Below are positions 1-10,286 of a DNA stretch of 64,000 nt, in pieces. Both the position numbers and the translations under genes were made by a program. Under the pieces are notes generated by a model. The model was not told the DNA's origin. It searched no databases and worked only from the letters and a program-made list of their open reading frames with translations. This DNA is from an uncultured Bacteroidales bacterium (GTDB lineage Bacteria; Bacteroidota; Bacteroidia; Bacteroidales; UBA10428), in contig CAVQXX010000015.1 of assembly GCA_963717995.1 (NCBI GenBank), positions 91,871 to 155,870 of the forward strand, in the 5' to 3' direction. Numbering within the stretch: the first letter of the stretch is position 1; each line of letters begins with the position of its first letter.

Positions 1-46
1 GCTTATCCTTCCTGTTGTTCATCTATATTTGCCTAAGTGTATATTT

Positions 47-827
47 TTACTTGCTTTCCTTGAATTTTATCCGGATTGTCGAATTCAGGGACAAATTTAG
101 CAATTCTGCAGCATTACCACCATGGATAGCAATTTCAAGCAGGTTTAATGAATTAAATAAGGCCAGGATTTCTCCGGATGAAGTTTCACTATACCAGGTA
201 TTTATTCGATTTATACGATAATGGTTACTTTGAATGAAAAGCTCAAATGGCCTTCCTTTTCCAATTCGTTCGAATAATTCCCGGTTGATATTTGTGAATG
301 CGTTTCTGTATGAGTCGATGTAAATGATGCTTCCTGTAATTACAGACTCATCAATCGCGGGAAGCATGGCAACCTGCCTGTACAGACCGGTATGCTTCTG
401 TCCCAATGACTGCAGTTTTCCACCCTGAATAAGTTTACAGGCTGCTTCAGCGAATACTGTCAGTTCAGGAAAGCTTCCTGCGATCATTGTGTTTCAGCAG
501 CACAGCCTCCTGGGGTTCATCATCCGAAAGCAAGCCAAATATTCCGTTATCATACCCGATAAAAAACTGATTATTTAATTTCACTGCTACATAAGGATGG
601 CGATCCTTTGTTTCGCCGTTAACAGCAATGATATGAATGGTTCCATCGGGAAAACAGGGGATTGCATGACGTAACTGAAAGGCTGCCAGTGATATATTAA
701 AAGCCGGTACCTGGTTGGTAACTGATACAAAAACGGTTCCAGGGCATTGAGTTATTACTTTACCCTGAACCGCAGCGGTATAAAAGTCATCTTTATTCCA
801 ATCGCTTGTTAGAGTGACAATTGCCAT
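47..827 (-). pseudogene. SAM hydroxide adenosyltransferase family protein (DUF62, chlorinase/fluorinase fold), frameshifted (possibly a sequencing indel)
   Basis: ORF 465-827 (MAIVTLTSDWNKDDFY.., N-terminal half) and ORF 47-487 (..IYIDSYRNAFTNI..LLEIAIHGGNAAELL.., C-terminal half) are two halves of one ~260 aa DUF62-type protein. Removing one T from the TTT run at 492-494 joins them (..AVLLNTMIAGSFPELT..). Confidence 0.7.
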
Positions 828-852
828 GGGTCAGGTTGAAATTGCAAATTTG

Positions 853-860
853 TACCTTTG
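853..860 (+). promoter_or_regulatory. Candidate Bacteroidota -7 box (TAnnTTTG) upstream of phoH
   Basis: tacctttg, 69 nt upstream of the ATG at 929. Confidence 0.3.
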
Positions 861-928
861 TATTGTTTTTGTAATAAAAATGATCCTAATTTGTACATTT
901 CAAATGTAAGCATTATTGCGGGAAATAA

Positions 929-1934
929 ATGATTGAAAAGGTTGTATATTTAGAGGGGGTTGACCCACAGGCTTTTTATGGTTCGAATAACCGGAACTTC
1001 GAAAAATTAAAATCCTATTTTCCGAAACTAAAAATCGTTGCACGTGATTATGAAATAAAGGTGTTGGGTGAACCGTCAGAAATTAACCGTTTTGAGGAAG
1101 ATACTGACCGGATCATCGAATTCCTGCAGCGACGGAATATGCTTACGGAAGAGGATATTGAAAAGATCCTTCGTACACAGGACGATGAGATTGAAAGCTT
1201 CAATGAGCGCGAAGAGGATGTCCTAATCTTCGGGAATACCGGAAAGGTGATCAAGGCCCGGTCCGTAAACCAGAAAAAACTTGTAGAGGATTATAAAACC
1301 AACGACCTTTTATTTGCCATAGGCCCGGCCGGTTCGGGAAAAACATATACTGCCATTGCACTGGCTGTTCGGTCACTGCGCAACAAAGAGGTGAAGCGGA
1401 TTGTGCTTACCCGTCCTGCCGTTGAAGCTGGTGAGAAACTCGGTTTTTTACCCGGGGATGTAAAGCAAAAACTGGATCCTTATTTGCAGCCGCTCTATGA
1501 CGCTTTGCACGATATGATCCCGCAAAAAAAACTGGAAAGTTATATTGAAGAGGGCATCATTGAGATAGCACCCGCTTGCTTTTATGCGCGGTCGCACACT
1601 GGGTGATGCGGTGGTTATCCTGGATGAGGGACAAAATACGACAATCAACCAGCTAAAAATGTTCCTTACGCGCATGGGAAAAAACGCGAAGTTCCTTGTG
1701 ACCGGAGACATCACCCAGATTGACCTTCCTGAACGCCAGCAATCCGGATTGCTTAAGGCTCTGAGTTTACTCAGTAATATCAAAGGAATTTCCGTGATTG
1801 AATTCGACAAGGGTGATATTGTCCGGCACCGGCTGGTAAGGCATATTGTTGGGGCTTATGAGAGTGACAAGGGGCTTGCTAGGGACCAGGGACTGGGGAC
1901 AAGGGACAAGCAAGAAAATCCTGTTAAGGAATAA
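929..1934 (+). pseudogene. phoH: PhoH-like ATPase, frameshifted (possibly a sequencing indel)
   Basis: Walker A GPAGSGKTYTA in ORF 929-1606. ORF 1584-1934 starts with [20 protein letters not shown]. Removing one C from the CCC run at 1571-1573 restores the conserved [13 protein letters not shown]. The last ~20 codons are encoded by a GGGAC/GTGAC repeat array. Confidence 0.85.
1863..1913. repeat. GGGAC/GTGAC-type short tandem array inside the 3' end of phoH
   Basis: agtgacaaggggcttgctagggaccagggactggggacaagggacaagcaag. Same word family as 18200-18264 and (reverse complement) 33997-34028. Confidence 0.75.
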
Positions 1935-1968
1935 ATAGTTGGTAGAAGGAAGAAATAAATGAGATGGT

Positions 1969-1976
1969 TATCTTTG
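1969..1976 (+). promoter_or_regulatory. Candidate -7 box (TAnnTTTG) upstream of purC
   Basis: tatctttg, 31 nt upstream of the ATG at 2007. Confidence 0.4.
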
Positions 1977-2006
1977 CATAAATAAATAATTTATTAATTA
2001 GTCTGA

Positions 2007-2958
2007 ATGAAAGCAATTACCAAAACCAACTTTAACTTTCCCGGACAAAAAGAGGTCTATATTGGAAAAGTCAGGGATGTATATAATATTCAGGGAAAAT
2101 ACCTGGTGATGGTTGTCACCGACCGGATATCCGCTTTCGATGTGGTGTTGCCGAAGGGTATTCCGTATAAAGGCCAGGTATTAAATCAGATTGCATCGAG
2201 GTTCCTCGATGACACCGCCGATATTGTTCCAAACTGGAAAATATCGAGTCCCGATCCAATGGTAACCATCGGCCATTTTGCGGATCCATTCAAGGTGGAA
2301 ATGGTGATCAGGGGATATCTGACGGGACATGCATGGCGCGAGTATAAATCGGGAAAGCGGATCCATTTGTGGTGTTCCGATGCCGGAAGGAATGGTTGAA
2401 AATCAAAAATTTCCCAAGCCGATCATCACCCCTACGACAAAAGCCGATGAGGGACATGACCTTGATATTTCAAGGGATGAGATTATTTCCATGGGTCTTG
2501 CTTCAGCAAAGGATTATACCCTGCTTGAGCAGTATACCTACAGGCTTTTTGAGAAAGGCACGCAGATTGCCGCATCAAAAGGATTGATCCTTGTAGACAC
2601 CAAGTATGAATTTGGTAAAAAGGATGGTAAGATTTACCTAATCGATGAAATAAACACACCTGATTCATCCCGGTATTTTTATGCTGATGGCTATGAGGAA
2701 CGCATTAAAAAAGGCGAACAGCAGAAACAGCTTTCCAAGGAATTTGTGCGGCAATGGCTGATCGAGCATAATTTTCAGGGACTGGAAGGACAGCATGTAC
2801 CTGAATTGACGGATGAATTTGTAAGCCAGATTTCCGAAAGGTATATTGAATTATACGAAAACATCATCGGAGAGAAATTTCAACGTGCAGATCTGAGTGA
2901 TGTTCAGGCACGCATAGAACACAATATTATTACTGCACTGAAGGAGTTGGTTAAATAG
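2007..2958 (+). pseudogene. purC: Phosphoribosylaminoimidazole-succinocarboxamide (SAICAR) synthase, frameshifted (possibly a sequencing indel)
   Basis: ORF 2007-2399 (..[33 protein letters not shown]) and ORF 2329-2958 (..[43 protein letters not shown]..) are the two halves of PurC. The frame changes near 2350-2362. Confidence 0.85.
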
Positions 2959-2986
2959 TGTGTGGAAGGCATCAACCAATAAATAC

Positions 2987-4648
2987 ATGAAATCAAACCG
3001 CAACCCCATTGTTTTATTCATATTAGCGCTTTGCATAACAGGTTGCGATGAGGGCAATAAGAGTGCTAAACAATGGAAGGTTTTTGAAACCTCTTTTGAA
3101 TCTTCAGTAAGTTATGGCAATCCTTTTGTTGATGTACAGGTAGATGTGCTTTTCGAAAAAGATGGGAAGAGTTGGAAAATTCCCGCTTTCTGGGACGGCG
3201 ATAATCTATGGAAAGTTCGTTTTGCAGCGCCGGAAACCGGAGTCTATTCTTATCGGGTCGTTTCCAGTGACAAATCCAATAAAAGCCTGAACGGTGAAAA
3301 TAAATCTTTAAAGGTCTCTGCTTATCAAGGTGATAATACTTTGTATAAGCACGGGATGATAGGAATCAGCGAAGACAAACGTCATTTTGCCCATGCAGAT
3401 GGAACACCGTTTTTCTGGTTAGGTGATACCTGGTGGAAAAATCTTAGTAAAAGAATGACATGGGAAAGTTTTCAGGAACTTACTGCCGACCGGAAGAAAA
3501 AGGGATTTTCGGTTATCCAGATTGTCTGTGGCCCCTATCCCGACGAAGGTCCATTCCAGCCAGGCTGGGAAAACGAAGGTGGAATGCCCTATAAAACTCA
3601 GGATTTTAAGGTTTTGAATCCGGATTATTTCAAATATGCCGACAGGCGTTTGGAGCATCTGGTAGATGCAGAAATGGTGCCCGCCATAGTAGGTGCATGG
3701 GGAAGAGCAGATTGTGATGCTTTAAAAGCTGTCGGGGCAGAGGGATTGAAACGACATTGGCACTACCTGATCGCACGTTATGGAGCCTATCCGGTTGTTT
3801 GGATTCTTGGAGGTGAACTGGAGAACAATACAAAATGGGGCGAAGGTGTTTGGGCTGAAATTGCAAATTATGTTCGTGAAACAGATCCATATCAACATCC
3901 GATAACCGTGCATTCCGGTAGTGGTCGAAGAGGAGAAGAGGGTGATGATGTGGTCATTAGTTACGATATGGTGGGTGGAAGCCATGATCAGGAAATTGCA
4001 ATACATTCCGCACTTTCCAATTTCCAGGCAGCATACAATGTTAATCCGCCAATGCCTGTACTGGTCGGAGAAACTTGTTATGAAGGGCACATGCAACAAG
4101 GGTTTCAATATATACAGCGACATATGTTCTGGATGTATATGTTAAGCGGCGCCGCCGGACATACATACGGTGCTGCAGGGATTTGGCATGCAAGCATAGA
4201 AGGTGATCCTGGCGTTGCATCCGGAGCGTTCGGAGGCCGTAAGGTGTATGATTGGACAACCTGGCGCGAAGGGATGAACTATCCGGGTGCTGCTCAAATC
4301 AGTATCGGCAAGAAACTGTTGGAGAAGTATCCATGGTCACGTTTTGAACCACATCCGGAATGGGTGGAGGAGGGTTGTTTTGCAGCAGGTATCTCAGACG
4401 AGGTGCGATTCATATACCTTCCCAGGAGAAATATCTACAACTGGGAAGGTCCTGTGATCAAAGACCTTGATCCAACGGTTGACTGGCGGGTTTATTATTT
4501 TGATCCGGCTACGGGAAGGACATTTGAGCAGGATACAATCAAAGCCGGGCAGGCGAGTGTCTCCTCCCCATTGCAGCCGGTAAATTACAAAAGAGATGTG
4601 CCATCTCCTCAGGATTGGGTGATGGTATTTGAGCGGGTGAATCAATGA
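2987..4648 (+). CDS. Lipoprotein glycoside hydrolase with DUF5060-like Ig domain and DUF4038 (apiosidase-like, GH140-type) catalytic domain
   Basis: The ATG at 2987 gives a lipoprotein signal (..LALCITGC). The N-terminal beta-sandwich region (WKVFETSFES..WKVRFAAPETGVYSYRV) is followed by FFWLGDTWW and GGELENN-type motifs that I associate with the DUF4038/GH140 fold. The ORF-track start at 2960 is a GTG. Confidence 0.6.
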   Translation: MKSNRNPIVLFILALCITGCDEGNKSAKQWKVFETSFESSVSYGNPFVDVQVDVLFEKDGKSWKIPAFWDGDNLWKVRFAAPETGVYSYRVVSSDKSNKSLNGENKSLKVSAYQGDNTLYKHGMIGISEDKRHFAHADGTPFFWLGDTWWKNLSKRMTWESFQELTADRKKKGFSVIQIVCGPYPDEGPFQPGWENEGGMPYKTQDFKVLNPDYFKYADRRLEHLVDAEMVPAIVGAWGRADCDALKAVGAEGLKRHWHYLIARYGAYPVVWILGGELENNTKWGEGVWAEIANYVRETDPYQHPITVHSGSGRRGEEGDDVVISYDMVGGSHDQEIAIHSALSNFQAAYNVNPPMPVLVGETCYEGHMQQGFQYIQRHMFWMYMLSGAAGHTYGAAGIWHASIEGDPGVASGAFGGRKVYDWTTWREGMNYPGAAQISIGKKLLEKYPWSRFEPHPEWVEEGCFAAGISDEVRFIYLPRRNIYNWEGPVIKDLDPTVDWRVYYFDPATGRTFEQDTIKAGQASVSSPLQPVNYKRDVPSPQDWVMVFERVNQ

Positions 4649-4680
4649 AACAACTTAACAACTAACAACAATCAACTAAT
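4649..4680. repeat. (CAAC[TA]A)-type simple array filling the gap between two convergent stop codons
   Basis: aacaacttaacaactaacaacaatcaactaat lies between the stop at 4646-4648 (+) and the stop at 4676-4678 (-). Confidence 0.7.
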
Positions 4681-6139
4681 AAATTTCAACATTTGAAATG
4701 ACCGGACAGGCCCTTGCATCCAGAATGTTCACCCGGACTTTTCCGGTTTCCGCCGGATCGATTTTGAGAATTCGCTTATAACCAATGGTGGTTCCTGATG
4801 CAACCTTTTTCCAATTCCCATCTTTCATGATTTCAATTGAAAAGGACCTTACCCGCTGTCCGAGTTTTATATATTCCTGGATTACCACATATTTGAATGT
4901 TTTAGTACCTCTCAGATCTATTTCAACCCAGCCTGATTTAATGTGATCATCAGTGGCCCAATATGTTTCTTTGTTGTTATCCGTTGTGTTTGCAGCACTG
5001 AATATTTTTTCATTGCCCCGGTAGTTGCTTGCAGAGATTTTTGCTCCGATTGCCAGATTGGTTTTAAATTCCTTCTGCAGCAGTTCGTGAAAACCCTGCA
5101 GGGCATGGCGGTCATTTTCATGAATCAACCCCCGCCTGTCAGGGGGCACATTCAGCAGCAGCACAGAACCACGTCCCACTGAGGTGAGGTATATATCAAA
5201 TAACTGCTCCGGAGTTTTAACCTTATCATTTTCCTTTTCATGAAAGAACCATCCGGGACGAATGGATACATCTGTTTCTGCAGGGATCCATCTTGTTCCG
5301 TTTTCGGATCCCTCGTTCAATAATTTTTCAATGCCAGGTTTTCCGGCATATAATGTGTCAGGATTGATCATGGCCCAGTTGGTCAGGCCCGCAACACCCT
5401 TTTCATTTCCCACCCATCGTACTCCCGGACCGGCATCACTAAAAAAAATCACATTGGGCTGCAGCTTGCGGACCATATCCAGGGTCCCCGGCCAGTCGTA
5501 ATAAGCACGGCCATCAATTGAACGCTTTTCATTTGCACCTCCATAATATCCGGTACCGCCATTTGCCCCGTCAAACCACATTTCGAAAACCGGACCGTAC
5601 AGCGTAAATAATTCCTGAAGTTGTTTTCGATAGTAGTCAATGTAGGCGGGTTTTCCATAATCAGCATGATTCCTGTCCCAGGGTGAAAGGTAAACTCCGA
5701 ATCTGAGGCCACTGAGTTTGCAGGCTTCTGACAGTTCTTTAACGAGATCCCCTTTTCCTCCCTTATAGGGACTGTTTTGAATCGTATGGTCAGAGTACTT
5801 GCTTGGCCATAGACAGAAGCCATCGTGGTGTTTGCAGGTGAGGATAACGCCCCTGAACCCGGTTTTTGAAAAGATGTCTGTCCATTGTGCCGGGTCAGCC
5901 TGTGAAGGATTGAACAAGGAAGGAGATTCACTTCCCATGCCCCATTCAAGGTCTGTGAACGTGTTAATTGTAAAATGAACGAAGGCATTCATTTCCATTT
6001 CATGCCAGGCAATCTGTGGTGCTGAGGGAACAGGATAAACCGGTTCCGGAGGTTCAGTCCTGAAGGGATTGAAGGATGTTAATACCAGAAAAAGCACCAT
6101 CAGTATGGTTGAGGTGCGCCTGGTTCTGATTTCTTTCAT
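4676..6139 (-). CDS. Alpha-L-fucosidase (GH29) with C-terminal F5/8 type C (discoidin) domain
   Basis: Signal peptide; GH29-like blocks AWHEMEMNAFVHF, LTCKHHDGFCLWPSKYSDHT, YLSPWDRN; C-terminal ~130 aa discoidin-like region (..ETYWATDD..WVEIDL..). Confidence 0.8.
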   Translation of the reverse strand: MKEIRTRRTSTILMVLFLVLTSFNPFRTEPPEPVYPVPSAPQIAWHEMEMNAFVHFTINTFTDLEWGMGSESPSLFNPSQADPAQWTDIFSKTGFRGVILTCKHHDGFCLWPSKYSDHTIQNSPYKGGKGDLVKELSEACKLSGLRFGVYLSPWDRNHADYGKPAYIDYYRKQLQELFTLYGPVFEMWFDGANGGTGYYGGANEKRSIDGRAYYDWPGTLDMVRKLQPNVIFFSDAGPGVRWVGNEKGVAGLTNWAMINPDTLYAGKPGIEKLLNEGSENGTRWIPAETDVSIRPGWFFHEKENDKVKTPEQLFDIYLTSVGRGSVLLLNVPPDRRGLIHENDRHALQGFHELLQKEFKTNLAIGAKISASNYRGNEKIFSAANTTDNNKETYWATDDHIKSGWVEIDLRGTKTFKYVVIQEYIKLGQRVRSFSIEIMKDGNWKKVASGTTIGYKRILKIDPAETGKVRVNILDARACPVISNVEIY

Positions 6140-6858
6140 TTCTTTAGTGCCTGTTGTATTGCTTGTTCCGCAAGGGGTGCCATTACCTGGTAGCCAGCCA
6201 GGTTGGGATGAACTCCATCATAGGTATACTCTGCTTTCAAACCGTGACGATCATCAACCATGGGTGAAAAGTAATCCAGGTAAACACATCCGTTTTCCTG
6301 TGCATACAATTTAATCCAGGTATTGAGTGCTATCACCTTCTCAGCAGGTTGCATTCCTGGTTTCCAGGGAAAATCCCAGGCCGGGAGCACAGAGGATAAA
6401 ACAACCCTTATTCCATTGGCTTTTGCAATCTCTGCCATGGAGGCCAGATTATCCTGTATCATTTTCTGTGTGGAGGGTCCGGTATTGCCGGCAATATCAT
6501 TAATTCCCGCCAGAATTACCACCACGGCAGGTTTAAGATCAACTACATCAGGACGAAACCGAATCAGCATCTGAGGCGTGGTCTGACCACTGATGCCCCT
6601 GTTTATATAGGGTTTGTCTTTAAAAAATCCGGGCATTGTATAACCCCAGCCTTCGGTGATTGAATTGCCCATAAATACGATCCGGTTTTCACCCTTTTCC
6701 GGTAAACCGATTTTCCTGTTATCTTCCTGAAAACGTGCCAGGTTTGGCCAGTCGGTGCGTATTGGGTCTTCTTTGGCAGAGTCAGAATTTTGGGCATTGA
6801 CACAAAGACCTGATACAATAAACATAATCAGTAGGGAAGTGAGAATATTTCTTTTCAT
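6136..6858 (-). CDS. SGNH/GDSL-family hydrolase (esterase/acetylesterase)
   Basis: Signal peptide; SGNH blocks FMGNSITEGW, GQTT, LAGINDI, DGVHPN. Its stop overlaps the fucosidase start by 4 nt (ATGA type), implying co-transcription. Confidence 0.8.
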   Translation of the reverse strand: MKRNILTSLLIMFIVSGLCVNAQNSDSAKEDPIRTDWPNLARFQEDNRKIGLPEKGENRIVFMGNSITEGWGYTMPGFFKDKPYINRGISGQTTPQMLIRFRPDVVDLKPAVVVILAGINDIAGNTGPSTQKMIQDNLASMAEIAKANGIRVVLSSVLPAWDFPWKPGMQPAEKVIALNTWIKLYAQENGCVYLDYFSPMVDDRHGLKAEYTYDGVHPNLAGYQVMAPLAEQAIQQALKK

Positions 6859-6944
6859 CCTTGAAATTTTTAATGCAGAGCAAAGATATAAAAAGATGGG
6901 GGGATGAAATTAAAATGATGCTGAATATAAAGGAGGGGATTAGT

Positions 6945-7011
6945 TGAGCGTAGTCTGGAGACTACGCTCAGCACTGAGACTACGCTCAGCACTGAGACTA
7001 CGCTCAGCCCT
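6945..7011. repeat. 12-bp inverted repeat followed by three copies of an 18-bp tandem unit (GAGACTACGCTCAGCACT)
   Basis: tgagcgtagtct (6945-6956) is the exact complement of agactacgctca, which is present in each of the three units at 6958-6975, 6976-6993 and 6994-7011. Confidence 0.9.
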
Positions 7012-7052
7012 GAACATCGTAAATATTCAATTATTGTATAATTAAGGATCAA

Positions 7053-8276
<1,224 letters not shown>

Positions 8277-8368
8277 TTAATGATTTGAAGAAAAATTACC
8301 ACAAAATTCAGAACATAATAAAGAATATCGACAAACTCCTGAAAAATCATGATTAAAACGTATGTTCA

Positions 8369-8398
8369 GCAGTTTTGCAGTTATGCAGTTATGCAGTT
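8369..8398. repeat. (GCAGTT[TA]T)n 8-bp tandem array, reverse complement of the CTGCATAA family
   Basis: gcagttttgcagttatgcagttatgcagtt, 30 nt downstream of the GH13 stop. Confidence 0.85.
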
Positions 8399-8428
8399 TC
8401 AGGAAGATAATTTGCGTCTCATATGTCT

Positions 8429-10282
8429 CTATAAAATTTCCACAATCAGTACCGATTTCGGCTCAATTGAGAATTTCGATAAATCCACATCAATGCCGGT
8501 AATAATATCCCTTCCAATCCTTCTGCCAGACAGGCATTCCTCAAAACGGACTACATCGGGCGTTAATTTTTCTCCTGAATTATTCATCATCACCATTACC
8601 GTTTTTTTCTCATCCATCCTGAAATACACATACATGTTATCGCGGGGAATAAAATGGATCATTTTACCATTTTGCAAAACCGGATTTGATTTACGATACA
8701 GCAGCAGTTTATTGATGTAGGCGAAAGCCTCGTTTTCTTCAGCGGTTCTTCCCGAGGCTTTGAAGGCGTTCCGTGAATCTCCCGCCCAGCCGCCCGGAAA
8801 ATCACGCCGGATATCGCCGTCGCCCTTGTTTTTCTGGCCACCCATCATGATCTCTGTACCATAATATAATTGAGGAATTCCTCTTGTTGTAAGCAGATGG
8901 GCCACTCCCATCTTATACTTTTTCATATCATATCCGATTTGCTCAGTAAAACGCTGGGAATCATGATTGTCAAGAAAGATCAGCATGTTGTACGGATCTG
9001 CAAAAAGGTAATCCAGCACGTAAACATTATAAAAGCGAGACAGGCCCTGGTTTCCATCCTCATTGAATGCAGTTCCGAAAGCATCCTCAAGGGGAAAATC
9101 CATAACAGCAGGGAGTTGGGAATCATACCCGTCAAAGGTTTTTGATCCCGTCTGCCAGTAAGCATTTTCAGCAGGATTATGCTGCCAGCATTCACCAACA
9201 ATATTTAACCAGGGATATTCTTCCCTTATGGCCTTGCTCCATTCGGCAGTTTTATGTTTATCATTGTAAGGATAGGTATCCACCCTTAATCCGTCAAGTT
9301 CAAGATATTCAATCCAGAAAACAGCGAACTGCTTAAAATAGGTAAGTACGAAAGGATTATGCTGGTCCATATCAGGCATGGATACATCAAACCAGCCTTC
9401 TTCATTCAGCATTTTATCTTTAGAGGACGCATGCGGATCATTCCAGGTTGCGATGGTATAGTTGGTGCGGGTAAATTCGGGAAAACGATGCACCCAGTCA
9501 TCCATTGGCAGATCTTTCATCCACCAGTGCTCAGATCCGCAATGGTTGGGAACCATATCCATGATCAGCTTAATACCTCTTTTGTGACATTCGTCTGCAA
9601 GGCGCACATAATCCTGATTTGTTCCATATCGCGCGTCCACCTTATAATAGTCTGTAATCGCATAGGTATGATAGGAATATGAAGGCATATTATCTTCAAG
9701 TAACGGGGTTGTCCATATTGCAGTGATCCCAAGATCTTTCAGGTAATCCAGGTGATCGATGATCCCTTGAATATCACCGCCATGCCGTCCGTTTGGGTCT
9801 GTCCTGTTCCATTTCTCTTTTAAATCGGTAGCTGAGTCATTTGCAGTATTTCCGTTGGCAAATCGATCAGGCATAAGCAGGTAGATGACATCTTCGGGCC
9901 CAAAACTTTTTCTTTCGGCAGATCCGGATTTACGATCTTTCAATTCGAAATTATAGGTGAGTAAAATCTTTTTATCCCTTATAAAGTCAATTTTCATTGT
10001 TCCGGCCCTGGCATCATCTCCTATGAAGAGATTCAGAAAAAGATAGTTGGCATTTCCTGAACGGGCGATCGTTCTGATAGTTACACCTGGGTAATTGATC
10101 ACCGGGTTCAGGTTGGCGATACCATTGCCATGGATGGTTAACATCAGATCCGGGTTCTTCATGCCTGTCCACCACATGGGAGGATCAACATGGCTGATCT
10201 TACTGTTTTCGGCTGCTGGCAATGAAGAACAGATAACAAAAAAGAAGATGATTGCACTGGTTGTTTTATGGTATGATTTCAT
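8429..10282 (-). CDS. GH13 alpha-amylase family enzyme (cyclomaltodextrinase/neopullulanase-like), secreted
   Basis: GH13 conserved regions GIKLIMDMVPNH, DGLRVDTYPY, VGECW, IFLDNHD. The ATG at 10282 gives a signal peptide and lies 5 nt after the GH65 stop. The ORF-track start at 10324 would overlap the upstream gene. Confidence 0.85.
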   Translation of the reverse strand: MKSYHKTTSAIIFFFVICSSLPAAENSKISHVDPPMWWTGMKNPDLMLTIHGNGIANLNPVINYPGVTIRTIARSGNANYLFLNLFIGDDARAGTMKIDFIRDKKILLTYNFELKDRKSGSAERKSFGPEDVIYLLMPDRFANGNTANDSATDLKEKWNRTDPNGRHGGDIQGIIDHLDYLKDLGITAIWTTPLLEDNMPSYSYHTYAITDYYKVDARYGTNQDYVRLADECHKRGIKLIMDMVPNHCGSEHWWMKDLPMDDWVHRFPEFTRTNYTIATWNDPHASSKDKMLNEEGWFDVSMPDMDQHNPFVLTYFKQFAVFWIEYLELDGLRVDTYPYNDKHKTAEWSKAIREEYPWLNIVGECWQHNPAENAYWQTGSKTFDGYDSQLPAVMDFPLEDAFGTAFNEDGNQGLSRFYNVYVLDYLFADPYNMLIFLDNHDSQRFTEQIGYDMKKYKMGVAHLLTTRGIPQLYYGTEIMMGGQKNKGDGDIRRDFPGGWAGDSRNAFKASGRTAEENEAFAYINKLLLYRKSNPVLQNGKMIHFIPRDNMYVYFRMDEKKTVMVMMNNSGEKLTPDVVRFEECLSGRRIGRDIITGIDVDLSKFSIEPKSVLIVEIL

Positions 10283-10286
10283 GGTT

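Noticed and set aside
15-221. 68-aa plus-strand ORF at the window start
   Set aside because: It is antisense to the C-terminal half of the DUF62-family gene. Hydrophobic low-complexity translation with no support.
6870-7052. 60-aa ORF (..SGLSVVSVLSVVSVLSVVSRLRS..)
   Set aside because: It is a translation of the triplicated 18-bp repeat, with no start context and no coding character.
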